In this document: piece after piece, positions 24,760 through 37,894 of the stretch
Layout of the letters: the number at the start of each line of letters is the position of its first letter
How positions within the stretch are numbered: the first letter of the stretch is position 1
Assembly (NCBI GenBank): GCA_028534125.1
Contig: CM052817.1
Location: 106,518,001 to 106,582,000 of the forward strand
DNA: 64,000 nucleotides
Direction of reading: 5' to 3'
Origin: Lama glama
Lineage: Eukaryota
Translations under genes and position numbers: made by a program
The notes under the pieces: generated by a model
Seen by the model: only the letters and a program-made list of their open reading frames with translations
Database searches by the model: none
Told to the model about the DNA's origin: nothing

Positions 24760-24920
24760 TATCTATTTTATAATCCTCCCAATAACTCTACAAAGTATTT
24801 AAGCATTTTGAACATAAAGAAACTGAGATCTACAGGAGTAAATGAATTTTCCAATTTCACAATGTAAGTGAAAGGTCTCCGTAACTCCAATGCCCAGGCT
24901 CAGAGTCCATCTTACCAAAA
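24760..24920. mobile_element. MIR SINE
   Basis: MIR core-like AAAGAAACTGAGATCTACAGGAGTAAATGAATTTTCCAA. Confidence 0.6.
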
Positions 24921-24934
24921 GTTAAAAAACAGGA

Positions 24935-27900
24935 AGTATCTGGAAGCTGAAAAATTAGCAAGACAGCAGAATAATGGTTTTCTACCATTTGCCCCACAAA
25001 GAACACCAATTTTGACAATTGCCTAGGGGGGAAAGTAATTTTGTGGAAGTCTAAGAGTCCAGTGGAGAATTTCCAACACACCATTGGAATGAAAACATTC
25101 CATATTCTATGCACCCAAGAGGGTAAGAGGACGAGTTTCACTTTATTACATCACCCAGCTCCCAGCCTAGTGCCTCGTCTCTGCCACTAAAGACCATCTC
25201 TCCACTTGCACTAAGGATTTTATTCTGGACTCCAATATTAACACTGTTGAGTTCTAAAAGTTCACACTAAGCAATTCAAAATGCAAATTTTATATCAAAG
25301 ATAAAACTTATTTGACTTACAATAACTTGGACAAAAAAGGAACGTCTTGCCTGCGATTTTGCCCACATGGTAAAATGAGAGCATGCAAGTGACAGCCCAG
25401 CTTCCTCAGCTATGCAGGATGCTGCCCAAAAGGCCCCCTTCTTTGTTTCCCCACCTGGAATACTGAGATGAGCTCCACGACTCGGGATGGGAAAGGGCTG
25501 GGATAACAGTAGCCAGAGTTCTAAGAGAGCATCAAGGATGTGTATCTTGATAACTACTTCATGGAGTTCATCAAGAAGCTTGCTCATAAAGCTCTGGGGA
25601 TGCTTCACCTTCAGATCCTCTGGCATTAGCCCACGGGCACCCCCAACATGCCACATCACTCACCCACACACCTCGTAACACATGGCCAGCTCCCTGTGCA
25701 AGGAGTCTATGCAAGTTCCAAGCCTTTGCAGACACGTAGTCTGTATGTGCATAAAGCCAGCCCCACTTTGTGGGACTGAGAGCAAGCACACAAACTTAAG
25801 TATTAGCACCGCTCCGGAGAAAAGCAAATGGGAGACTGTCAGTATCTCACCTGACTTTACAAGATCCAGAAAGTCATGCAAATTTAATAATGCAGGCAAA
25901 CCCAGGAAAAGATCTAGAAAGCCTCAGAATTCCCAGTATGGCTAACAAGTTTTTTTTTCTCTCCCAAAGCCTGTGTAGTAAATACTAGAGGAGGTGACTA
26001 TTTCTTCAAATACAAACACAGCAACACAAGACTTCCAAACATATGATAAATTAAAGACACGTGACACCACCAAAGGAACACAATAATTGTCCAGTAATCA
26101 ACACCCCCAAAAAATGGATATCTGTGATTTGCTTGATAAAAATTAAAAATAGTTGTTTAAAGGAAAGGCCATGGGCTATGAGACAAATACAGAAAGAAAT
26201 CTGACAAAATCAGAAAAACGTACAAGAACAAAACAAAAAGTTTAATGGATAGACAGAAATCATAAAAAGAACCAAACAAATTCTGAAGGTGAAGAATACA
26301 ATGAATGAAATGAAACATGCAATAGAGAGCATTAACAACAGACTTGATCAAGCAGGAGAAACAATTCATGAACTCAAAAGCAGGTCATTTGAAATTATCC
26401 AGCCAGAGGAGAAAATGACAACAACAAAAGAATAAACAAGAGTGAAAAAAATCTATGTAAAATTTGAGATGACATTAAGCAAAATAATTTACACATAATT
26501 AAAGTTCCCCAAAGAGAAGAGAGGTAGAAAGGACTAAAATCTTATTGAAGATATAATGTCTGAGAACTTCCCAAATATGAGGAAGAACTGGAACTTCCAA
26601 GTTCATGAAGCTCACAGGTACTCAAATAATTTCAGCCCAAGGAAGTTTTCTTCATGACATAATATAATAAAACTTTTAAATCAAAGACAGAGAGAGAAAT
26701 TTAAAAACAGCAAGAATAAAACATTCCTCATGTAGAAAGAAATCCCCCATAAGGCTGTCAGCAGATTTCTGAGTAGAAAACTTGTAGGTCAGGAGAGAAT
26801 GGAATTATACACTCAAACTACAGGGGGAAAAATGCCAACTAAGAATGCTTTACTAGACAAAGCTGTACTTCAGAAATGTAAGAGAGAAAAAGACTTTCTC
26901 AGACAAACAAAAGCTGAGGACGTTCAACACCTCCAGACTTGACTTACAAACAATACTGAAAGGAGTTTTTCAAGCTAAAGACAAAGGGTATTAAATTAAT
27001 AACACAAAAACATGAAAGAGTGAAAAACACTGGTAAAGTGAGCATATAGTCAAATTTACAATAATCTGCAATGTAACATGGTGTTGTATTAATCACTTAA
27101 CTGTAATATAAAGGTTAAATAACGGAAGTATTAAATATAGCCCCATAATTTGTTGATGAATACACAATATAAAAAGAAATAAACTGTGACATCAAGATTT
27201 ACAAATACTAACTACTAAATATAAAGTATATAAACAAGTATATACAGTATAGCAAGAGAACTATATTCAATATCTTGTATAACCTATAATTACAAAAAAT
27301 ATGAAAACAAATCTAAGTATGTATATGTATGACTGAACTATTAGGCTGTACACCAGAAATTGACACAACATTGTAAACTGACTATATTCCAATTAAAAAA
27401 AAAACATGAAATGTTTGTATGTAGGGGGAAGTGAAAGGGTAGATTTTGTATTTGATCAAAGTTAGGTTGTTGCCAACTTAAAATAGATTGTTATAACTGC
27501 AAGATGTTTTATGTAAGCCTCATGGTAACCTCAATATAAAAGCCTACGGTAAATACACAAAAGATAAGAAGGAGAGAAGCAAAGCTTAACATTCTGGAAA
27601 ATCATTAATTCACAAAGACAACAAGAGAGGAAGAAAAAAGAAAAAGACTACAAAACAGCCAGAAAGCAATTAATGAGATGGCATTAAGTACTTTCCTATC
27701 AATAACTATGTTCAGTGTAAATAGATTAAATTTTCCAATCAAAACACATAGAGAGGCTGAAAGAATAAAAACACAAGAGCCAACTATATATATGTTGCCT
27801 ACAAGAGATTCAATTCAGAATTAGGGACAATGAAAGTGAAGGGATGGAAAAATCCACATGCCAGAGAATGAAACTGGACCCCTTTCTTACACCATACATA

Positions 27901-28575
27901 AAAATCAACTCAGAATTAATCAAAGACATGAACATAACAACTGAGACCATGAAATTCCTAGAAGAAAACATTGGCGGCATGATCCTTGATGTTGGTCTTG
28001 ACAATGACTATTTGGACTGAATATCAAAAGCAAGGGCAACAAAAGTAAAAACAAACAAGTGGGACTACATTAAACTAAAAAGCTTCTGCACAGCAAATGA
28101 AACCATCAACTAAATTAAAAGACAACCTATGGAATGGAAGAAGATATTTGCAAATAAGGTATCCACGAGGTTAATATCTGAAATATTTGAAGAACCCATC
28201 CAACTCAATATCAAGAATTCAACTGATTTAAAAAATGGGCAATGAATTTGAATATTTTTCCAAGGACATCCAAATGGTAAACCGGTAAATGAAAAGGTTA
28301 CCGACATTACTAATCACCATGGAAGTGCAAATCACCTCAGATCTGTTAGATGGTCTTATAAAAGAAACAAAAGGTAACAAATGCTGGGGAGAATGTTTAG
28401 AAAAGGGAGCTCTTGGGCACTGTTTGTGGGCATGTAAGCTGCTATAGCTGTTTAGAAAACAGTATGGCGATTCCTCAAAAACTTAAAATTAGAACTACCA
28501 TATGATCCAGCAACTCCACTCCTGAATTTGTAAACAAAATTAGTACCTTTTGAAGAGATATCTGCTCTCCCAGGC
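24935..28575 (+). mobile_element. L1MA/L1M2-type LINE: 5'UTR, decayed ORF1 (~26030-27000), ORF2 start, large internal deletion, ORF2 3' part; runs into the gap
   Basis: ORF1-type phrases (CCCCATAAGGCTGTCAGCAGATTTCT); ORF2 start (TGTTGCCTACAAGAGA); ORF2 3' part (AAACTAAAAAGCTTCTGCACAGCAAA, AGAACTACCATATGATCCAGCAA). Confidence 0.9.
27196..27404 (+). mobile_element. Young camelid-type L1 3' end nested in the older L1
   Basis: ...TGTACACCAGAAATTGACACAACATTGTAAACTGACTATA plus poly-A; host L1 resumes on both sides. Confidence 0.85.
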
Positions 28576-29075
28576 NNNNNNNNNNNNNNNNNNNNNNNNN
28601 NNNNNNNNNNNNNNNNNNNNNNNNNNNNNNNNNNNNNNNNNNNNNNNNNNNNNNNNNNNNNNNNNNNNNNNNNNNNNNNNNNNNNNNNNNNNNNNNNNNN
28701 NNNNNNNNNNNNNNNNNNNNNNNNNNNNNNNNNNNNNNNNNNNNNNNNNNNNNNNNNNNNNNNNNNNNNNNNNNNNNNNNNNNNNNNNNNNNNNNNNNNN
28801 NNNNNNNNNNNNNNNNNNNNNNNNNNNNNNNNNNNNNNNNNNNNNNNNNNNNNNNNNNNNNNNNNNNNNNNNNNNNNNNNNNNNNNNNNNNNNNNNNNNN
28901 NNNNNNNNNNNNNNNNNNNNNNNNNNNNNNNNNNNNNNNNNNNNNNNNNNNNNNNNNNNNNNNNNNNNNNNNNNNNNNNNNNNNNNNNNNNNNNNNNNNN
29001 NNNNNNNNNNNNNNNNNNNNNNNNNNNNNNNNNNNNNNNNNNNNNNNNNNNNNNNNNNNNNNNNNNNNNNNNNNN
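28576..29075. other. Assembly gap (500 N)
   Basis: Run of N. Confidence 1.
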
Positions 29076-29200
29076 GAAAAAGGAAGTGAAAGATGGAAGA
29101 AAGGAAGAAAAAGGAAGGAAGGAAGGAAGGAGAGAGGGAAAGAGGGAGGGAGGGGACAACATAAGGGAGACAACCATGAGGGAGGAAAGGGACAAGAGAA
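29076..29200. repeat. Purine-rich low-complexity (GGAA)n tract
   Basis: Visible directly in the sequence. Confidence 0.85.
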
Positions 29201-30589
29201 AGTAAATGACATGCATTAATGTCTTGCTCTGTGACAAGTCCTTTCATATAATCTCAGGTACATGATCACCATAGACAATTTCCTCTACACTATACTTTCT
29301 ATAATTAAGAGAAATTATCCAGTGTGCCAAAGCCACCACAAGAAAATATTGATAATAGTAATGTTTTGTGCTTAGTCCTAACCACACATTCTCTGCCCCT
29401 TTGCTGTGCATACTAGCTCTCTCTGTAACTTGCAGGTGAGGAAGGGTTTTGTGTGGGATAACAGAAGCGCCATGCAAGGATATTAATGACAGCTCATCTG
29501 ACTGTACTGTCATATCAGCATATAACGTGTTTCATTTTCCTAAACTGCTCACAGACATTAGAGGAAAAAAAAGGCATTAAATCAAAAAGCAAAACCTGTT
29601 ACAACTTAGCATATTTGAGAGTAGCTTTAGGAAATCTTACTCAGAAGGGTATTTAGCATAAGGACCAGCCTCCTCAGAGATTTCAACGGGTTGATTAAGA
29701 ATGACATTTTTCTTCACATAACCATCTGCTCAGAGACATGGAAATCATTCCCTGACCTGTACTCAGCTGCCCTGGTTACATACCCATTTTATCAGTTCAA
29801 GACCTTTGGGATTTTCGCCAAGATTCTTCTAAATAAGAGGCCAGGTAACTCTCCTTTGATTTTATTACCTCCACGTTACCACTTAAAAATTGTATTCAGA
29901 AATGAAAACCAGAGACAATTAATATAATACAGAAGATAAAGAGATGTATTCCAGAATATGAATGGTTTTTCCAATTTATATCGAGATAGGAGGCAAAGTT
30001 CTTCTTACAGAACTCTGCCAAGGCCACCAGGGATCATGGCCCTCTAAGGCGAGCTCTCTTCTGAGAGTCCGGGGGGTCACACACAGCCAAGGCTCAGTAG
30101 GGTCTTCCACTTCTCAGATGAAAACCAGAGCCTGGTCCACAAAATCATGTGTTGTCTCAGCGTCTTACCAGTTTTCTATACCAACAACTCATCCCCGAGA
30201 TGACTAGAGCTTATTTCTAACCCCCTTCTTGTCCAAATAGATCTGGTTAAAAGAATATTCATTTTTCAAAGGAATTACCAATTAAGATTCAACTCTATGT
30301 TACTTTTATTTGCAATAAATTGCCTTTTTTCTTTCTCAATAAGTATCTTTACTTCATTCTAGATCGATACTGGCTAGTACATCAGAGTGTAAATGAGTAC
30401 TCCACAGATAGTCATAATAAGGTTTTAACTTTCCTTCTGAATAAAGGGGAAAATTATATGAAGCTAATATCATATTTCTTTTTCAAAATTAGATTTGCCT
30501 TTCTAAAGGCAAATAATCAAATAAGTGTCTCAATCAAGCAGAACTCCTTTGATTTGTAACTCAACGTTTATATAAAAAATTTAACATCA

Positions 30590-30990
30590 TTGACCAGTCA
30601 CTCTCTGAAACTCTTATTTTGATTTTAAGATATCACTTATCTCTCTCCCTATCTGATTGCTCTTCCTCAGGAGAATTTGTAAATTTTCTTTATATACATT
30701 CCCTTAAATGCATTTTTGTCCCCCATAATCTGTCTTAGACCTTTATCTCTTCTTTCATGACAAACCAGCCTCATAGCTTTACCTACAAACATGCTACCGA
30801 ATTCAAATTTATTCTCTATTCTAAATCTCCCTCTTGAATTCCCTTCATACATTTCCCTCTTAAGTATTTCACATCTAGTTCAACTTAACATGTTCCACGC
30901 AGCTGGGGATGTTTCCACAGCTTGTATGAAGAAACCAAAGAAACCAAATTTATCACTTGACATCTTGCTGTTTGCTTAATTTTTTTCCTT
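30590..30990 (+). mobile_element. L2 fragment
   Basis: TTGACCAGTCACTCTCTGAAACTC...CAACTTAACATGTTCCA. Confidence 0.55.
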
Positions 30991-32189
30991 CTGTCCATTA
31001 GAATATCAACTCTCAGGGAGCAATGTGTGATTTCCAACTGATATTTACAACCAAAAATAATTCTGATATAGCATAGAGGAAGAAAGGAGACAGTTCCAAT
31101 GAGAAGAAAGTGGTAAAGGTACCCAGCTACATTTAAGAATATCAACTGATGTTACAACTCAGTATTTGCCTCCAGTACCAGCTGACATGAGATGATTTAC
31201 TCCACTGTCAGTCTAAACCATCAAAAATAAAAAGAATTTCTTACTAAGAAATGAAGAAGAAAGTAAACTCTTCATTTCCATTTAAGCCCACAACCTAATT
31301 AAATAAGAGAGCTAGAATAAGAGAATGTAATTTAAAATGTAGTAAGAGACAGAGAAAAATGAAATAAGATACAAAGGAAAAGTCTATGAGATGGTTCTTG
31401 TTTATTCAGTATTATATAATGGCTGGCAGACTTTCTTACTACAGCCTTGGATCCAGAGGCTAGTGATCTAGTCCTTGAATCAGAGAGAAAAATAATTGTA
31501 TTTTATAAAGCTAAATTATTCAAGTGGAAGACTGGAAACTTCCTGTTATCTCTGAATAACAGAGAAGCATTAAGGGAGCAATAATGAAACAGTAGGCCTC
31601 GTGTGTCCCGGGTTAATGAATTGCTGGTCTAAATAGTTCCATCAAAGTGGGCCAATATTGATGTGCCTTTAGAAAGACAGATGGGATATTGCATGTGTCA
31701 TTCAATGTAATGAATTGTCAGGGATGAAAAAAAACATCTCCAGAATGTGTATAATCATTTATGAGCAGTGAAGGAGGAACCTAAATTATAAGGAGATGTA
31801 TTTCAATTCAGCTAAGAAAGCAAAAACATTTTTGAGTGTACAAAAAAAAAAGTGTTTTTAGGAATCAGTTATTTTACAGAAATTAGCTGTTTTCCAAAAT
31901 GACTCATGTTGAATCTGAGTATGTGAATACAGATTGATGGTCTCATTACAACATGTTCCAAAAAAAAAAAAAGTTACAATTCACTACTGAAAAAAAAAGG
32001 TGTGTGTGTTGAGGGGAGGAGGTTTCAGATACTATAGTCAGAATGAAGACTAAATCTGAGGTATCCAGGAGGAAAACACAGATATCTAGGACTATGTCTG
32101 AGTCATCTTTGCATCTTGAATGCCTAACAGAATACAGTTAATATGTGCTTGAATAAATGAAGCAGGACAAAACAGAATTCTAAAAAATG

Positions 32190-32420
32190 AGGCTTTTTAA
32201 CAAAACTGTGTGCCAAAGATTTTTACATTCACAGTTACATTTGTATTTCCCATTTACATTAATCCTTGACAACCCTGCAAGGTAGGTTTTATTATGCCCG
32301 TCTTCAAACGAGAACAGTGAGGTTCAGGCAGGCAATAGTTGCTTTGCAAAGTCAGCATCAATGTAGCTCATATGTGGCTGAACTGTGTAGGAGTGAATCC
32401 GCTATTATCCAATTGTCTAA
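32190..32420. mobile_element. MIR SINE
   Basis: TAATCCTTGACAACCCTGCAAGGTAGGTTTTATTATGCCCG...GAACAGTGAGGTTCAG. Confidence 0.7.
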
Positions 32421-33016
32421 CTGATTTAAACTCCCTCTCTCAATCTCTCTTTAAATTGCCGTAAAGCTCATTGCAAACGGACGTGTTAGAAAATGTTTTA
32501 GAGCAGTCATTCCCAAATCTCCAAGTAATCCAGTTTCCTTGGTGACATCATCAGATTAAATGAAATGGGAAATATGACCAGAAGTTTAATGCTTCTTTTT
32601 AATTGGAGGGCAGGGTAAAATTAAGGAAAGGATTGCTTGGCATTTTTATTGCAAATATTTCTTTCTGCCTCCTCGACCCGCCCTCTGTGGAAATTATATA
32701 TACTCAACTTGATTTCAACATTTAGTAAAACAGCTGTGAAATAGCATTCCATTTCATAGTAGGTTGATGAAAAGAGATGCCCATTGCAGAAAAAAAAAGC
32801 AATAACAAAGAAGTTGCTAAGACTGCTTAAAAAATAAATAAAAAGATGTGACTAGAGAACTGATCTAAGTTGGGTATGTTTCAAGTTTTGATTTCAGCAG
32901 GGAGACCCAGTATCTTTCAGTCCTTACTCTCACTGTCCCCTGAACTCCAATACAGAGTTCATGACCTTGTACTCATAACCCCCAACATATCTCAGGAGAT
33001 TTAACTGTGCTTTCTT

Positions 33017-33035
33017 TAGCCAGTAGATGGTAGAC
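33017..33035 (+). promoter_or_regulatory. Candidate CTCF site
   Basis: TAGCCAGTAGATGGTAGAC resembles the CTCF core CCASYAGRKGGCRS (one key mismatch); lies in unique sequence. Confidence 0.4.
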
Positions 33036-33099
33036 TTAGGACTTGTCTCTATGATGTAAGAAGTGAATTTACCACCAAAAAAAAAATGGTATTAATCTT

Positions 33100-33960
33100 A
33101 ACATTTCATCCATTTGATAGAATTTATTAGGTGTTATGTGTCAGTCACTGTTCTGGGTATGGGATATATAGAGTGAAAAAAAAAATAGACCAAAGCTCTG
33201 ACTTTGGGGAGCTTACATTCCAACAGGAGGAGACAGTAAATAAGTCACATAAATAAGATAAAGATCAAGACAGGGCTGTAAATGGCCCCAGTTTAGAATA
33301 GATTTGTTAGGTAGTTAGATAAGTGGGGGCACCAGGCAGACAGGTGGAGGAGAGAGAGGATGGTCTGGAAGATGGCATTGTGCCCAACTTGCTGGCCCTT
33401 GTTTAGAGGAAGGGGCGTCACTTCCTCTAAACAAGTGCCAGCAAGAAACCAGTTAGAACCTGAGAGCCATAACTGCACAATAGCGACAAGGACCTAACCG
33501 GACATGACCCAAGGCTCATTGTAATATAATTAACATTGTGGTTTAGCCTCCATCATGGGTTTTCTGTGTGCATCATGGGTAAGAGCATGCACAAAGGGGA
33601 CAAACATGACTGAGCATTCCCAGGGCAAGAGCTGACAACCAATCAAGAGACCCCCCCTCTAAGCGAGGGTGTAAGAGGAGGGGGCAAAGACCACTGCTAT
33701 CCACCCTTGGATCAGCCCCTCCCCCCAGTCTTGGAGGTGTAGTTTTCCTTTGCTTAATAAAACCTTTAAAATGTTTCGCTACACAATGCTTCCGTCTCCT
33801 GTCTGAAATCTTCTCTTTCGAGTGAAACAAGCATTGGGGTCTTTTCCCTTCCCCCTTTGGGGTAACAGGTTCTCAGGGAAGGCCTTAGGGATGAGCCGAC
33901 TTTTGAATAAAGACTTGCCAGAAGGGAGCGCTTGAGTCCTGTGATCAGCTAGTGGGAAAG
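33100..33960 (-). mobile_element. L2 3' region split by the family A solo LTR
   Basis: TTCATCCATTTGATAGAATTTATTAGG start; resumes TCTCAGGGAAGGCCTT after the LTR. Confidence 0.65.
33305..33867 (+). mobile_element. ERV1-class solo LTR (family A, copy 2)
   Basis: TGTTAGGTAGTTAG...GGGGTAACA; AATAAA at about 33756; TSD GATT/GGTT. Confidence 0.9.
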
Positions 33961-34042
33961 CATCCAGCCAGAAGAAACAGTCAGTGCTTACTTGACGTGA
34001 AGTGGCGCTGACTGTACTCAAGGAGGAGCATGGAGGACAGCG

Positions 34043-34394
34043 TGTCTATCGTCTGAATGTCCGTGCCCACCCCCCACACTCACATATTGCAATCCTAGTG
34101 CCCCAGATGGTGGTGGTATGAAGTGGGGCCTGTGGGAGGTGATCAGGTCCTGAAGACAGAGCCCTCGTGGATGAGATTAGGGTCCATATAAAAGAGACCC
34201 TGAGGACCCCTCCTCCATCCTCCACCAGGGGACCCAGTGAAGAGTCAGCATCTTCAGCCCAGAAAAGGGCACACTCCCCCGACCACGTGGACACCCTGAT
34301 CTCATACGTCCCTCCTCCCAATTGGTGAGAAATAAATTTCCATCGTCTGTTGACCTAATCTATGGTATTTTAGTAGCATGTACAATCTAAGACA
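34043..34394 (+). mobile_element. MaLR LTR (MLT1A-like)
   Basis: GTCTGAATGTCCGTGCCC...GGATGAGATTAGGGTCCATATAAAAGAGACCC...GAGAAATAAATTTC...CTAAGACA. Confidence 0.85.
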
Positions 34395-35194
34395 GTTTAC
34401 CCCAAGCATATATCCATTATCCCTTATACAGATGTTGACTTTATTGTGAGGAATGTGGGGGAGTCAATAATTATCCTGAGGAAAGGTGATATGACCTAAC
34501 TTCAGTTTTAAAGGGTCAGCTGGCTGCAGTGCCAAAATTAGTCTTTTCACGGGCAAGGGTGGAATCAGACTGAGAATGTTGTGAACTCTTCTAGAGAAGC
34601 AGAGATGAAAACAGTACCGGGAGAAGGGAGAGATGGTGGGGTACTGAGTATTTTTTGAAAGGAGAGACAAAGGGTTTGCTGGAAAAAATGAGAACTCAGT
34701 GTCAATGCCAAATGTTGGGTCTCTCCAGTATGGATCAGTGTTTAATCAGAGCCATAGAATTGATTCTCATTTTTGCTGCAAATCCAAAGAGGTGCACCTT
34801 CTCCCTGTTCTGAGTGTGTTACACTTTGGTAGTATCTCAGACTGGAATTACTTGGTGTTCATTTTTTAGGAGAAAACAACAACAAAAATTGATTTATCTC
34901 TAAGAAACCATTGAAAAAAAAAAGACAAAGACAACTGAGTTAGCAATCAGTTTAAGTAAACAGTAAGGGAAAAATTTTCTTGGAATTGCAACCACAGTTA
35001 GGAGATTCACCAGGCACAGAGAGGTGAACCCAGTAAATGAGGCCCAAGAAGAAATTGAACTGGAATGTCTTCAGGGCAGATCATTACTTTGTTAATCACC
35101 ACACACACAGTGTGACAGCAGAAAGAAAAGCCACAAGAACATGAGAACTCATGAAAACTCTTTCACTATGGAGAATCAAGAGCACTCGTCCATG

Positions 35195-36585
35195 GTGGCC
35201 AATATGCACTTGAAAAGATGCTCAACATCACAAATTATTCGAGAAATGCAAATCTAACTACAGTGAGGTATCACCTCACATTGATGAGAATGGTCATCAT
35301 TAAAATGGCCACAAAGTTTAAATGTTAGAGATGGTGTGGAGAAAAGGGAACCCTCTTACACTGTTGGTGGGAATGAGATTTAGTGCAACCGTTATGGAAA
35401 ACAGTACGGAGATTGCTTAAAAAACTAAAAATAAACTTAAGATATTGTTACCAAGTCCAAACTTGTTCTGCTTACTGCACAACAGGCCAATAAATCAGGA
35501 GACAAAGTGTTGGGGCAAGGAATAGTGACTTTATTTGGAAAGCTGGCAGACTGAGAAGATGGCCGAATAATGTCTTGGAGAACCATCTTCCCCAAGTGAG
35601 AATTCAGGCTCCTTTTATACTAAAAAAAAGGGGAGGGGGTGAAGTTGGTTGTTGCAAACTCCTTGGTGTAGGAATTCTTTGTTCCTTCAGCTGTCCACGT
35701 GGGTCAGGTCACGGTGCCCCTTTAAGACCTCCAACAAAACAAATGTTATTTTTTATTCTGCAGCTTGTTTATCTTTATATAAGTGCAAAAGTATTAATAT
35801 CCTTAAAAGTCAGAGCCTTGAGAATAGGCTGTCCTATATATTTCAGGCTAAAGGCAACATTCTTTTATGAACAGTGCAGAGGTAGCAAGATTAAGTCTGG
35901 TAAACAGGGCATAGGGTTAAAGCTAAAGGAACAGATCTAATATGGAGTCAGATTTGTTCTTTTCTATTACAATAGGATCCAGCAGCAATCCCACTCCTGG
36001 GCATATATCTGGAAGGAACTGTAATTTGAAAAGATACATACACCTCAATGTTCCTAGCAGCAGTATTTACAATAGCCAAGACATGGAAACAACCTAAATG
36101 CACATCAACAGATAACTAGATAAAGAAGTTGTGGTATATTTATTCGATGGAATACTACTCAGGCATGAAAAATAAAATAATGTATTTGTAGCAACGTGAA
36201 TGGAACTAAAGATTATCATACTAAGTGAAGCAAATCAGACAAAGACAAATGTGGAATCTAAAAAAATGATACAAATGAACTTATTTACAAGGCAGAAACA
36301 GACTCATAGACATAAAAAACAAAGTTACAGTTACCAAAGGGGAAAGACAGGGAGAGGGATAAGTCAGGAGTTTGGGATTAACAGAAACATACTACTGTAT
36401 ATAAAACAGACAAGTATATTTCCCTTGCTGTAGAGCACAGGGAAATATATTCAATATCTTATGATAACCTATAATAAAAAAGGATATATGTATGTATGAC
36501 TGAATCACTATGTTGTACACCAGAAACTAACACAACATTCTAAATCAAGTATACTGCAATGAAAAAATTTTAAACGCTTTTTAAA
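35195..36585 (+). mobile_element. 5'-truncated cetartiodactyl-type L1 (ORF2 end plus 3'UTR) carrying a nested LTR
   Basis: GAAAAGATGCTCAACATCAC...; degraded TSD AAGAGCACTCGTCCATG (35178-35194) versus AAGAGCACCAGCCATG (~36586-36601). Confidence 0.9.
35446..35971 (-). mobile_element. ERV1-class solo LTR (family B) inserted in L1
   Basis: TG...CA termini; 4-bp TSD ATAT/ATAG; minus-strand AATAAA at about 35530; L1 phrase ...ATAT|GATCCAGC is split by it. Confidence 0.9.
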
Positions 36586-37718
36586 AAGAGCACCAGCCAT
36601 GTGTTTCCTGTGCCTCCACTCACATTCCTGACGTCCTCCTTGCCACCAGGACAGGACCACTCAGACAGGAGCACTGTCTTTGGAAACAGGAGTTACTTTT
36701 CCAGGGCAGGTACATCTGCTGTATCTTCCTAGGGACAGAAATGATTCAATGATGTGCTACTATGGTAACAAGATATAAATCAAATAAAAATAAGCAACAT
36801 GACAATTGTAACTTTCAGGGGTTTTCTTGAAACATGTTTTAGAAGATTTAAAAGTCACAATTTCCCCTTGCTGTTTCCTCAGACCATTCTTAAACTGCTT
36901 TTATAATTCTTCCAGAAATGTAACCAAAGAATGAAGTCAGAGAATTAAACAGAAAAAAAAAAAAGATCTATTTGTTCCTTTCCCAAGGAAACAAAAATCA
37001 CATATTAACCTGGGATGAATAAAGTTCCCATTTTTGCAGTCTGCTTTGTGTAGGGATGGCAGGGTGCTTCGTTGACTTACTAAGAGCCAGTTGTAACCAA
37101 GAAACTTGTCATAAAGTAACACCACCTGAGAGAGATCAATGCAGGGGTGTTCATTAAACTAAGACAAGAAGTATTGATCCGCGAGAGGGGAGGAGAGCCC
37201 ACGGGACTTTTCAGTGGTATGGAGGCAGGAGAAAGAAACAGAGGTCTCAGTTTCAGGATTAAACTGAGTTTTATTCTATTTCCTTTAGCTAGAGTAGAGT
37301 TTGCAGTGTAATTACCAGAACACATTAAAAAAAAAAAAAAGGAAAAGAAAAGAAATGGAAAACTAGAAAAACAGCAGGACTCAAGCAGCCCATAAAGTAG
37401 GGAGTGGTGAGTGAACTGCCCATTAAACACCCATGCAGCCGAAAAAGATGTATTTATAAGAGTCTGGTCTAAAAATGGGAGCATATTTCCGCCCATTTTC
37501 AGAAGATTTCACTTGGACAGTATTAATACTTAAAGGATATTCTTAATCGCCCAACCAAGACATTTAGAAACTAGACCAAGCACTGACTATGAATCTCTGA
37601 AATTGAGGGGAGGTCAGGGGGAATCCAGCCATAACCAGTAAAAGACAACTACATTTTTAAGATGAGAGTAGCTGATGGACTAGAAAATACTAACATTCAT
37701 TAGTATTCACCCACCAGT

Positions 37719-37745
<27 letters not shown>
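37719..37745. repeat. Poly-A tract (about 27 nt)
   Basis: Visible directly in the sequence. Confidence 0.95.
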
Positions 37746-37749
<4 letters not shown>

Positions 37750-37894
37750 GATTTGTTAATTACCATCCACTTCCTACAATTTAATAATACTAATTATAAG
37801 CACTATTACATTGTACTACTTAGCAGAAAACTGAAATAATGAATTAGCTTAGATACAAAAAATATAATACCCATCGCAGGATCATGGAGATATT

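Noticed and set aside
25276..25899. Antisense ORFs in the L1 5'UTR (ORF0-like?)
   Set aside because: ORF0 is described from primate L1. These ORFs lie in a decayed old element, and one runs into the foreign inverted insert, so they are likely chance ORFs.
28452..29247. Long ORFs of 179-261 aa
   Set aside because: Artefacts of translating through the 500-N gap; the same applies to the ORFs at 18230-18496.
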